Shown here piece by piece: positions 29,547 through 38,697 of a stretch of 64,000 bases of DNA; position 1 is the stretch's first letter, and the number at the start of each line of letters is the position of its first letter. The notes under the pieces are model-generated. The model had not been told where the DNA came from and did not search any database. It saw nothing but the letters and a program-made list of their open reading frames with translations. A program made the position numbers and the translations under genes. This DNA comes from Candidatus Poseidoniaceae archaeon (GTDB lineage Archaea > Thermoplasmatota > Poseidoniia > Poseidoniales > Poseidoniaceae): assembly GCA_949373095.1 (NCBI GenBank), contig CASIBY010000007.1, positions 20,087 through 84,086 on the forward strand, in the 5' to 3' direction.

Positions 29547-30317
29547 GTGAAGGATAATACCTTTCAGACCTCACGGAGTTTCATGAACGGAACCGGCTTA
29601 GTGCTTACAATCGGTGAGACATCGGAGCATGTTAACACCTCACTTCAATTTTATTCACCTGACAAACTCATATTGTTGACAAGTGAAAAATTCGCATCCA
29701 AGACACGTAGGAGACTGAGTCACTGGAAGAAACAATTCAATCTTGAAGGGGAGGTCTTTGTGATTGAGGATTTATTCGGCAAGGATGCTGCTTACCATAT
29801 CATGGATAAAACATTCAAAGCGATTCATTCTCTTCATGATCAAGAATACAAACCGGTACTTGTGGGGATTACTGGGGGAACAATGCACATGGCGGCGGCG
29901 GTCTCGACTGCCGCAAATATTTCCTATGCACCTGTATTTTATGTCAAACAACCAAGTGGTACGGAAGTTGTCCAACCCAACAAAGATGTAATTGAAATGC
30001 CAACTCTGACAGCCTTCAACAAGATTATGTTAATGCCAACTGAAGCACTTCAGTTGTTTTCAAGAGTTGCGGAAGCAGTGGCAGAGGGAGAAGATGTGAA
30101 CCTTTCTTTATCAGATGCAAAAGATATCAACATGCCAGTAGAATTTTTGGACCACCTGACTGAGATCCGTGTTATGGAGAAGTTAAGCAAAACTGAATAT
30201 GTGTTCACAAATGCAGGGTCAGTAATTGTTCAGATCATTGCAAAAAACCCAAACATCGCCAAGATGCTGGAGTCTAAAAAGAAGAAAAGCGAGGCACCAG
30301 ACCATTTGTATGCCTGA
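29547..30317 (+). CDS. Rossmann-like CARF-domain protein (Csa3-like ligand sensor), tentative
   Basis: The first beta-strand/loop LVLTIGETSEH and the later loop VGITGGTMHMAAAVS resemble the CARF signature regions (compare Csa3 FVTMGFNET / DLTMGMRM). A length of 256 aa. No cas genes are nearby. Confidence 0.3.
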   Translation: MKDNTFQTSRSFMNGTGLVLTIGETSEHVNTSLQFYSPDKLILLTSEKFASKTRRRLSHWKKQFNLEGEVFVIEDLFGKDAAYHIMDKTFKAIHSLHDQEYKPVLVGITGGTMHMAAAVSTAANISYAPVFYVKQPSGTEVVQPNKDVIEMPTLTAFNKIMLMPTEALQLFSRVAEAVAEGEDVNLSLSDAKDINMPVEFLDHLTEIRVMEKLSKTEYVFTNAGSVIVQIIAKNPNIAKMLESKKKKSEAPDHLYA

Positions 30318-30340
30318 TATCGACTTGCCGAGGGATTCTA

Positions 30341-30901
30341 ATGCATATTTTGTACTCATTTCGTCGTTGCCCATATGCCATGCGAGCCCGTATGGCCATT
30401 GTGCGCACAGAATTTGAGGTTGAACATCGAGAAGTGATTCTCCGTGACCGCCCTGCGCATATGATGGACATTTCTCCAAAAGGAACTGTTCCCGTATTGC
30501 AACTAGCAGACGGTACCGTCATTGAAGAGAGCCTCGAAATCATGCAACACGTGTTGAACTGGACCCTCAGCTCGCACGAAAAAGAATGGATTGACCGAAA
30601 TGATAACGAGTTCAAATTCCACCTTGACCGCTACAAATATCCCAACCGCTACGAAGATGTTGACGAGATTGAGCATCGTGAAGCGGCTTGTTCGTTCATT
30701 AAATCGTTGGAGGCAGAACTCCCATCTGGCCATCTAAGCGACGCCATTTTTCCATTTATTCGTCAATTCGCCAATCATGACCGCGATTGGTTTGACAACC
30801 AGCCATGGCCAAAGGTTCACACTTGGCTTTCTCAGCAACTTAGTTCAGAGGAATTCGGCATGTGCATGAAGAAGCACAAACAATGGATGCCGAGTGAATG
30901 A
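30341..30901 (+). CDS. glutathione S-transferase-like / glutaredoxin-2-like protein (thioredoxin fold)
   Basis: LYSFRRCPYAMRARMAI…PKGTVPVL…DGTVIEESLEI, which is the N-terminal domain pattern of GST. Confidence 0.55.
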   Translation: MHILYSFRRCPYAMRARMAIVRTEFEVEHREVILRDRPAHMMDISPKGTVPVLQLADGTVIEESLEIMQHVLNWTLSSHEKEWIDRNDNEFKFHLDRYKYPNRYEDVDEIEHREAACSFIKSLEAELPSGHLSDAIFPFIRQFANHDRDWFDNQPWPKVHTWLSQQLSSEEFGMCMKKHKQWMPSE

Positions 30902-30960
30902 CGGCAGACCCGGTTAATCCCTCACAGATATTCAAATAATCCAATTGGACGGGCTCAAAC

Positions 30961-32360
30961 ATGATCGAAGAGGAATCGCTGTCCAATAGCGCCCTCGATG
31001 ATGTAAAAGAGCCCACTGATCTACGAGAATTGTATGAAGAAAAGCCTCTCTTCAAGGGGTTAAAGGATTACAAAGGAGAGTTATTGTTTGGCTCAACCTT
31101 GCTGATCTTGCTCTATCGGTGGAATCTCCAACCGGTCAATGTTATCCTCATCGTTATGCTTGTATTTTGGAGTAGTATCCGGCTTCTTTCAACTACCAAA
31201 CTTTTTTCATCAAACACTGAACTTTCAGGAAAGAGTTCTAGGATTCGAAGTGCCAAAATAACCGGGTTATTGCTTTCTGTAATCCTAACCTTCCTCATCA
31301 TTTCATCCCTTATTTTCCTCAATGTATCACCCCAAACTGGAGGTGATCCTGTTATGTTTGATTCTCAGAACTTTGAGGAAGGCGCCTTCCAAAATTTGGA
31401 AGAATTTAGTGATGGAAATTCATCTTGGTGGGGTACACTTGGCGAATATATGGTAAGTGATTCAAAACGAGCACCAACCACAGTCCTTCCCACAAAAGAA
31501 TACCAGTCCCTTGAACCCAATGGTGGGGAAATTAGCATCACTTGGTTCGGGCACTCAACCATCCTGATCGAAACCGCGAATGTCACCATCATTACCGACC
31601 CTTTGTTTGGTGAGGACAACACTGACCCGTTGTTCTTCGGACCATCTCCGTTTCCGTATCAACACTCATACAGTCTGAGTGAATTACCTAAAATCGATTA
31701 TGTTTTCATATCCCATGACCACTATGACCACCTTGACATGGACACTATCACAGAACTTCAGTGATTCCACCTTCTATGTCCCATCTCGGCGTCAAAGCAC
31801 ACCTCTTGCGATGGGGTGTTGACTGATGGCCAGCGTCAGTGAGATGAGATTGGTACGAGGAGGCGACCAGTACCGAACGAATTCCAAGTGGCACTCACGC
31901 CGGCGCAGCACTTTAGCGGCCGAGGTTTGGGCAACATGGACACGACGTTGTGGGGTTCATGGGTGTTCCAACTTCACAACAAGTCCACTTTGTACTTCAG
32001 CGGAGACACTGGATACACCGAGGAATTCACAGTCATTGGCGAGCGATACGGGCCCTTCGACCTATCGCGTTCCTATTGAATCGGGCCAGTACGACCCTGC
32101 ATGGAAAGACGTCCATATGTTCCCGGAAGAGGCCATCCAGGCAGCTCATTGACCTCAATGCCCGATCAGTACTCCCCATTCATAATTCAAAATTCGAATT
32201 GGCCCTTCATCCTTGGGACGAGCCCCTTCGAACTCGTCTACATCGAAAGGGGCAAGGAACAACACCTCACCGTCACAACACCGATGATCGGAGAGACCGT
32301 TTCTTCTCAACCAACCCCACCCAGAGTGAACCATGGTGGCGCAAGGGCGTCTCGATAGGA
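30961..32360 (+). pseudogene. MBL-fold (NAPE-PLD-like, UPF0173-type) metallo-hydrolase gene disrupted by several frameshifts
   Basis: The N-terminal 267 codons are intact (ISITWFGHSTILIE…ISHDHYDHLD). The continuation is spread over three frames: STFYVPS…, then …LTPAQHFSGRGLGN…LYFSGDTGY…GERYGPFDL, then …VPIESGQYDPAWKDVHMFPEEA, then …LPIHNSKFELALHPW…. Confidence 0.65.
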
Positions 32361-32659
32361 GACGCCATCCTTTTTGAAAACCAATCCCCTGGTGGGTGAT
32401 TGCCCTAGCGCCTCTCAACCTCGTTGGAATCGTATGGATTGATCGCAGGACGCCAAGCGAAACGAAACAATGGACGATGCTGAAGAATGACCCGCATTTG
32501 GCGGAACATTCGTTCAAGAACTTCTGCGGTTCGTAGAGCGGCTTGAGACCCGGTGACGAACAGGGACTACAAACGTTCCTTAGGTATTACAGCCGAACAT
32601 CATGAAGCGGTCAGTCCCATATGCCCATGTCCATTTTGGCATCTTCGCTCGCATGTATT

Positions 32660-32930
32660 TTAGGGTCCCAGCGCGGCGTCCAAACCAAGATTGATGTGGA
32701 CGGAATCAAGACCATTGGTGGAAAGTGCAGCACGATGAGCTGCCGCCATGATCTCGGGGGCGGCAGGGCAACCTGGAGAGGTAAGCGTGAGGTCGACTTC
32801 AGCGTGAGTGCCTTCCTCTTTTTCTTCTAAATCGAACATCGTAAACCAAACCAAGTTCAACAATCGACAAATCCAGTTCGGGGTCTTCCACTTCATCCAG
32901 TTGCTCAATCACTTCTTCCTTGGTCACCAT
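32660..32930 (-). CDS. sufT: SUF-system Fe-S assembly protein (DUF59/MIP18 family, SufT-like), carrying a +1 frameshift
   Basis: The N-terminus MVTKEEVIEQLDEVEDPELDLSIVELGLVYDV is in one frame and the C-terminus …EEGTHAEVDLTLTSPGCPAAPEI… is in the next. The shift falls in a T/A homopolymer at about 32838. Confidence 0.6.
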
Positions 32931-32932
32931 CG

Positions 32933-33349
32933 TTAATCCCCTCTGTTTTGACGTAGGTCGGTCATCACTTTATCATACATGTTGCGAAACCCATTGGACC
33001 GACTCGGCGTAAGGGTATTGAGCAGGCCCATCTCTTCAGCAAAAGTTGGTGGAATGAGTACGGCCTGTGCCGGCGTAAGACCATCGAGTGCAATGGTAAG
33101 AATTCCCATCAAACCTTGGACCATGCGAGCATCAGATGAAGAAAGAAATTGAATACGCCCCTCGGTGATTCCAATCCTGACATGAGCTTCGGATTGACAT
33201 CCTCTTATCCGTGTTTCATCATCCCACTGGTCTTGAGGTAATTCCACGACTTCATCGGCCAATTCAAACAACATCTCGAGACGTTCACGTTTATCGTCAA
33301 TTGCCTGAAACTCTTCAACCAGTTCTTGAAGCGCTTCTGGATACGTCAT
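32933..33349 (-). CDS. sufE: cysteine desulfuration protein
   Basis: SufE pattern with conserved IRGCQSEAHV, 138 aa. Its position is between sufS and sufT. Confidence 0.75.
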   Translation of the reverse strand: MTYPEALQELVEEFQAIDDKRERLEMLFELADEVVELPQDQWDDETRIRGCQSEAHVRIGITEGRIQFLSSSDARMVQGLMGILTIALDGLTPAQAVLIPPTFAEEMGLLNTLTPSRSNGFRNMYDKVMTDLRQNRGD

Positions 33350-34537
33350 GCAAATTTCTCCACAATGCCTCGTAATTCATCAACAAGGGCTTCGGCTTCT
33401 TCCCTTGTGTTGTAAACGTAGAATGATGCACGAACAGTACCAGAGATTCCAAGGCGGTGAAGCAGAGGTTGGGCGCAATGATGTCCGGTTCGTACGGCAA
33501 AACCTCGTGCATCGAGAAGATGGGCCATATCTTCGCTGTTGATGGTTGGGTGTAGGAACGACACAACCGCAGCATCGTGTTCTCCATGCCGCCCGTAAAC
33601 ACTCATTCCAAGCCCCCGTCAATTGTTCGGCAACCCAAGAAGCAATTGCAATCAACCGTGAATGTTCTTTGTCCAAGTCAAACGATTCCATCCATTCAAG
33701 CGCAGCAGTCCATCCGACGGCTTCAGCGATTCGGGGTGTTCCGGCCTCAAACTTGTGCTCATTGGTTTGGTAGGTCGAACCTTCAATGGTCACGGTTTCA
33801 ATCATATCACCACCTCCCATGAACGGCTCCATTTCATCAAAAGCAGATTGTGTGACCAGTAATGCACCAATTCCGGTTGGCCCACACATTTTATGCGCTG
33901 AAAAAGCCATGAAATCAGCACCAAATGCTTGGAAATCTACGGTGGAATGTGGGAGTCCCTGAGCAGCATCAATGAGAACACGGGCACCAACTGCTCGAGA
34001 TTTCTCAATGATTTCTTCAAGTGGATTTCGGACACCAAGAACGTTGGAGGTGTGAACAACACAAACCAATGCTGCTCCGTCTAATGCATGGTCGAACGCT
34101 TCCATGTCCAGAGTAAAATCCTGTGACACTGGAACATAACGCAACTCGACCCCTCGTTCCTCGGCGAGCATTTGCCACGGAACTATGTCAGAATGGTGTT
34201 CCATTTCAGTAAGAACAATCACATCGCCAGATGTCAATTTAGCTCTCCCCCAAGAATGTGCAACCAGGTTGATTGCCTCGGTAGTTCCACTGGTGAGAAT
34301 TGCTCTGTCTGCATTGTAGCGTTGTTTGAGTTTACTGCGGCATGACTCGTATCCTTCGGTTGCTTCACCCGCAAGGGTGTGGACTGAACGGTGAACATTT
34401 GCATTCGATTTAGAATAGTAATCGTTCATAGCGTCAAGAACAACCTGGGGCTTTTGTGTGGTAGCAGCATTGTCAAGGTAAACCAACGGGTGTCCGTTGA
34501 CCATGCGTTGCAAAATAGGGAACTGATCACGGAGCAT
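33346..34537 (-). CDS. sufS: cysteine desulfurase SufS (class V aminotransferase fold), carrying a frameshift
   Basis: Typical SufS up to …WVAEQLTG, then garbage. The conserved C-terminus (…AVRTGHHCAQPL…RASFYVYNT) is in the overlapping 33346..33606 ORF. Deleting one G from the GGGGG run at about 33604 restores …LTGLGMSVYGR…. Confidence 0.75.
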
Positions 34538-34541
34538 CGCT

Positions 34542-35582
34542 TCACCTCATCAATTCACATTCTAAGTGTACGGTGAGTCGGGTGCGCATTTCGTCAACAA
34601 GTGCCTTGGACTTAAGCGCCGAAAAACCGTCTTGCATGAAGCCTTCAATAATCAGTGCTGTTGCTTCATCGGCTCCAAGTCCCCGACTCATGAGGTAATG
34701 CATTTGTTCCAGGTTGACGGGAGAACTTGCAGCTCCGTGATTTGCAGAGACTTCGTCGGCTAAAACTTCCAATTCAGGAATGGCTTCTGCTCGTGAGCGT
34801 TCGGAGAGTAAGAGATTCTTGAAGACTTGACTAGCGTCAGATTGGTTCGCTGCCTTGGCGATGGTCAACAATCCAGTTGAGATTGAATGACTCTCATCGT
34901 TGCATGCAGCGTGGATGTGAAGGTTAGAATTTGTATGGCCAACGTCGTGATGAATCTCAATGTGATGGTCAACATGGCGTTGGTCATGACCGTGGATTGA
35001 AATGGCTTGAGTCAAACTCCCACCTGCAGCCATCAATCTGGTGCGTAGATCGTTCTTACAGCGGAACCCTCCGATAGAGAGCGAAGCCATTTCGATAGTT
35101 GCATCTCGTTGAACGGTCCAGTCCTCGCAACGAAGCAGTTTGGAATTTGCTGATAGTTCGTTAATGAATCCAATTGCTACGCGAACGTTATTCTTAACAG
35201 ACCCCGTGATGTGAAGCCCCGCCCATTCAGCTTCTCCAGATAGATGGAGGATAACAGTGACATCCTTGTCACAATCAATGTGAAGATGGCCTACGGAGAC
35301 ATGGCCAGAGGCAACAGCACGAATATGAACAACAGGCAATGTGCCGTCAGTAGAGAGCGAGACGCCTGTCTGACCAAGTTCACTCAAGAAGACACGGGCA
35401 ATGTCGCCGTCTGTCATGACTCGGGGCATGCCGTCGGTGAGAACACCTCCGTCATCAATTTCCCAACGGAAAGGGACTGCATTTGGTATGGTTTCAACGG
35501 TTGAAGGGTGAATCCTTTTCCAGGGAGTGTATCTCCACAAATGGTTAGCCCTTGAGGGAAGTTCCATCTTGGAGTACTTCAT
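34542..35582 (-). CDS. sufD: Fe-S cluster assembly protein
   Basis: SufB/D family C-terminal beta-helix. A length of 346 aa. Confidence 0.8.
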   Translation of the reverse strand: MKYSKMELPSRANHLWRYTPWKRIHPSTVETIPNAVPFRWEIDDGGVLTDGMPRVMTDGDIARVFLSELGQTGVSLSTDGTLPVVHIRAVASGHVSVGHLHIDCDKDVTVILHLSGEAEWAGLHITGSVKNNVRVAIGFINELSANSKLLRCEDWTVQRDATIEMASLSIGGFRCKNDLRTRLMAAGGSLTQAISIHGHDQRHVDHHIEIHHDVGHTNSNLHIHAACNDESHSISTGLLTIAKAANQSDASQVFKNLLLSERSRAEAIPELEVLADEVSANHGAASSPVNLEQMHYLMSRGLGADEATALIIEGFMQDGFSALKSKALVDEMRTRLTVHLECELMR

Positions 35583-36985
35583 CCAATCGAACCCTCCATT
35601 TCCAATTCCAGGAGTTTGTTGAGTTCAACTGCGTATTCCATCGGCAACTCTCGAGTAAAGGGTTCAAAGAATCCATTGACGATAAGGCCCATTGCTTGCT
35701 CTTCCGTAAATCCGCGACTCATCAAGTAGAACAACTGGTCCCCTGAGACCTTTGAGACACTCGCTTCGTGCTCGAGGTCGGCCGTAGGATTTCCGACTTC
35801 CATGGTAGGATAGGTGTCGGAGCGTGATTCGCTGTCCAGCATCAAAGCGTCACAAACGATCTTTGAGCGGCATCCGTGAGATTTTGGAGTGACCTGCAGC
35901 ATACCGCGGTAAGAAGAACGTCCTCCGTTCTTAGAGATAGATTTCGACAGAATATTCGACGTAGTATTAGGCGCAAGATGGTGGACTTTAGCCCCAGCAT
36001 CTTGATGTTGACCTTTACCTGCGTAGGCGACAGATATCACTTCGGCGTGGGCACCCTCGCCTTTCAGGAGAACTGAGGGGTACTTCATCGTCAATTTGGA
36101 ACCAATGTTTCCGTCAACCCATTCGATGGTTGCGCCCTCATAAGCGACACCTCGCTTAGTAACGAGATTAAACACGTTAGCAGACCAATTTTGGATGGTT
36201 GAATAGCGAATTTTAGCTCCCTTCATAGCAATGAGTTCAACAACTGCAGAATGCAATGAATCCGTTGAGTATGTCGGCGCTGTGCAACCTTCGACATAGT
36301 GGATACTGCTGTCTTCGTCTGCGATAATCAGTGTTCGCTCAAACTGCCCCATGTTTTTAGCATTGATTCTGAAATAAGCTTGGACGGGCATTTCAACATG
36401 TACGCCCTTTGGAACGTAAATGAATGAACCTCCTGACCAAACAGCCGTGTTCAGAGCTGAGAATTTATTATCGGTGTGGGGCACGATGGTCCCAAAGTAT
36501 TTCTTGACGATTTCAGGGAATTTCTTCAATCCACTGTCCATGTCAAGGAAAAGTACACCTTGCACTTCAAGATCTTCTCTGATGGAATGGTAAACGGCTT
36601 CCGATTCATATTGAGCCGTTACTCCGCCGAGCCACTTCTGTTCAGCCTCTGGAATCCCCAAGCGATTGAATGTGTTCTTGATGTCTTCCGGAACATCATC
36701 CCAATCGTTCTTGGTAGCGTCAGACGAGCGCAAGAAGTAAGTGACGTTATCAAAATTAATTTGGTTGAGCGAGTGACAGTTGCCCCAATCCGGCATTGGC
36801 CGTTCAATAAAGTGATTATAGGCCTTTACACGGAGGTCCGTCATCCATTTCGGTTCGTCTTTGAGTGCAGAGATATCCCTCACTACTTGTTCAGACAGTC
36901 CTTTATCAAAACGAATGGTTGCGTTCTCTGGGTCGTGGAATCCAAATCGGTAATCACCGACTGCATCATTTGCATCTTCATTCAT
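35579..36985 (-). CDS. sufB: Fe-S cluster assembly protein
   Basis: 468 aa, SufB family (…[21 protein letters not shown]…). Confidence 0.85.
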   Translation of the reverse strand: MNEDANDAVGDYRFGFHDPENATIRFDKGLSEQVVRDISALKDEPKWMTDLRVKAYNHFIERPMPDWGNCHSLNQINFDNVTYFLRSSDATKNDWDDVPEDIKNTFNRLGIPEAEQKWLGGVTAQYESEAVYHSIREDLEVQGVLFLDMDSGLKKFPEIVKKYFGTIVPHTDNKFSALNTAVWSGGSFIYVPKGVHVEMPVQAYFRINAKNMGQFERTLIIADEDSSIHYVEGCTAPTYSTDSLHSAVVELIAMKGAKIRYSTIQNWSANVFNLVTKRGVAYEGATIEWVDGNIGSKLTMKYPSVLLKGEGAHAEVISVAYAGKGQHQDAGAKVHHLAPNTTSNILSKSISKNGGRSSYRGMLQVTPKSHGCRSKIVCDALMLDSESRSDTYPTMEVGNPTADLEHEASVSKVSGDQLFYLMSRGFTEEQAMGLIVNGFFEPFTRELPMEYAVELNKLLELEMEGSIG

Positions 36986-36987
36986 AT

Positions 36988-37743
36988 TTAGGCCTCCGGT
37001 ACAGCATCAATCCAATCGTAGCCCTTATCTTCCAACTCGAGGGCCAAATCTGGGCCACCAGTCATCAGAATCTGACCGTCGATCATAACGTGAACATAGG
37101 TTGGCTTGACATGGTCAAGAAGTCGTTGATAGTGGGTAATGATAAGACACCCTGCATGGGGTGCCACTTGGTTGATTCCCTTTGCAACAATTCGCAAAGC
37201 ATCGATGTCAAGCCCTGAATCTGTCTCGTCCAATAGGGCGAGTTTAGGATTCAGCATTAGCATTTGGAGGACTTCCAAACGCTTCTTTTCCCCTCCGCTA
37301 AAGCCGTCGTTAACATACCGTGACAGGACTGATTTGTCCATATCAAGAGTTTTCATGGCTTCATTGAGTTCTTTTCTAAAGGCTCGGCCTTTGATGGGCT
37401 CGTCCCGCACGGATTGTACAGACTTCTTCAAGAATGTCCCAACCTGAACCCCAGGGATTACCACTGGATATTGGAAGGATAGAAACATTCCAGCACGAGC
37501 TCGTTCAAAGACTGCAAGATCCTCAAGAGGTTGTCCCATGTAGTAAATTGAGCCTTCGGTAATTTCGTAGGCTGGATGGCCCATGAGGACGCTTGCTAGC
37601 GTCGATTTGCCGGCACCATTACGGCCCATAATCACATGGATTTCACCCTTGTGAATGGTAAGACTTAGCCCCTTAATAATGGGGGTTCCATCAACACTCA
37701 CATGAAGATTTTCAATACGTAAAATCGCGTCCACTTCATTCAC
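36988..37743 (-). CDS. sufC: Fe-S cluster assembly ATPase
   Basis: Walker [13 protein letters not shown] signature FSGGEKKR. A length of 251 aa. Confidence 0.85.
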   Translation of the reverse strand: MNEVDAILRIENLHVSVDGTPIIKGLSLTIHKGEIHVIMGRNGAGKSTLASVLMGHPAYEITEGSIYYMGQPLEDLAVFERARAGMFLSFQYPVVIPGVQVGTFLKKSVQSVRDEPIKGRAFRKELNEAMKTLDMDKSVLSRYVNDGFSGGEKKRLEVLQMLMLNPKLALLDETDSGLDIDALRIVAKGINQVAPHAGCLIITHYQRLLDHVKPTYVHVMIDGQILMTGGPDLALELEDKGYDWIDAVPEA

Positions 37744-37884
37744 ACCCGTTACTACGCTCCCGTCCCTCCCTTATGAAGGGATGTTGTGGGTCATATACCC
37801 GACCGGAATTACCGGTGCGAATAGTGGATTGAATACAATTCAATTCCACATTAAGATTCGTCAGATTTTGAGTACAACTCATGT

Positions 37885-38004
37885 TCATTCTTCTTTAGTT
37901 TCGTTCTTGTGTTCTAATAGTTTTTTCTCGTACTCTTCCTTACTGAGACCGTGCCACCCTTTGCACATTCCAGTAGGCGACCGTCCACATCCACATTTGC
38001 CCAT
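37885..38004 (-). CDS. small Cys-rich protein (39 aa; MGKCGCGRSPTGMCKGWHGLSKEEYEKKLLEHKNETKEE)
   Basis: Translated by hand from the minus strand; it is not in the ORF track because it is under 60 aa. It has five Cys in the first 15 residues followed by a charged helix. It lies in the divergent region between sufC and the nfu-like gene. Confidence 0.3.
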   Translation of the reverse strand: MGKCGCGRSPTGMCKGWHGLSKEEYEKKLLEHKNETKEE

Positions 38005-38183
38005 GTTCTTCATTCCTCCTTGCCTTTCTCAGCAATGGGGATTATTAAATATAAGAGGTTTTACTAAAGAAACCATAGTATCACGGACGAAACCACCTTT
38101 GCTCCATTAATTCATTTGAGTTCACCTCCAAACGAAGGGTTCCCCAGACGAGAGTTGATATCCAACCGCTCGCACCTTGTGGC

Positions 38184-38636
38184 ATGGATGATGACTTAGT
38201 GGCGAAATATGCTGCTGAGGCAAAGGCAGCGATGGATGCAGAATCTCAACGCCGAATCGCAGAAACAACGAACCCTGAAGAGGAAGAACGGTTGCAAAAC
38301 ATGTCCATCTTTGACCTCATTGAATCCGAATACCTCATTCCCGCATTGCTCTCCCGCCTGGGTACCGTACGAGCTGCTTTGGACGGGCACGGTGGAGGTA
38401 TTGCCGTAACTCGGCATGCGAAATCCGAAAAAGGTCTTGACATCGTGTTGGACCTCACCGGAGCGTGCCTCTCTTGCGGGGCCGCACCAGGTACGCTGGA
38501 GGGAGTCAAAACAGACCTTGAAGGAGATCCTGAAATCCATTCGATTAAGTTCTCCTCTGCCCTTCTTGATACATTTGATGAACTCGGAAGAGAGTTCATT
38601 TTAGCACATGGAAAAGTAGAATTCGTTGACGCTTAA
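38184..38636 (+). CDS. NifU-like (Nfu-type) Fe-S cluster scaffold/carrier domain protein
   Basis: …DGHGGGIAVT…LDLTGACLSCGAAPGTLEGV… resembles the NifU C-terminal domain (GGD…L.GAC.SC). It is divergent from the suf operon. Confidence 0.55.
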   Translation: MDDDLVAKYAAEAKAAMDAESQRRIAETTNPEEEERLQNMSIFDLIESEYLIPALLSRLGTVRAALDGHGGGIAVTRHAKSEKGLDIVLDLTGACLSCGAAPGTLEGVKTDLEGDPEIHSIKFSSALLDTFDELGREFILAHGKVEFVDA

Positions 38637-38697
38637 ACAGAGTGAACACAACCCATCCCAGCCGAGGCTTTGATAATTCAAGCCCCGAGGGTCGGGC

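Noticed and set aside
32155-32517. 120-aa minus-strand ORF
   Set aside because: It overlaps the frameshifted MBL-fold pseudogene fragments on the plus strand. No protein features.
33346-33606. Independent 86-aa gene
   Set aside because: Its sequence (…AVRTGHHCAQPL…RASFYVYNT…) is the conserved C-terminus of SufS. It is the continuation of the frameshifted sufS gene.
37781-38110. 109-aa plus-strand ORF in the sufC/nfu intergenic region
   Set aside because: Low-complexity translation. The opposite strand carries a compact Cys-rich small ORF that makes more biological sense. Both remain unproven.
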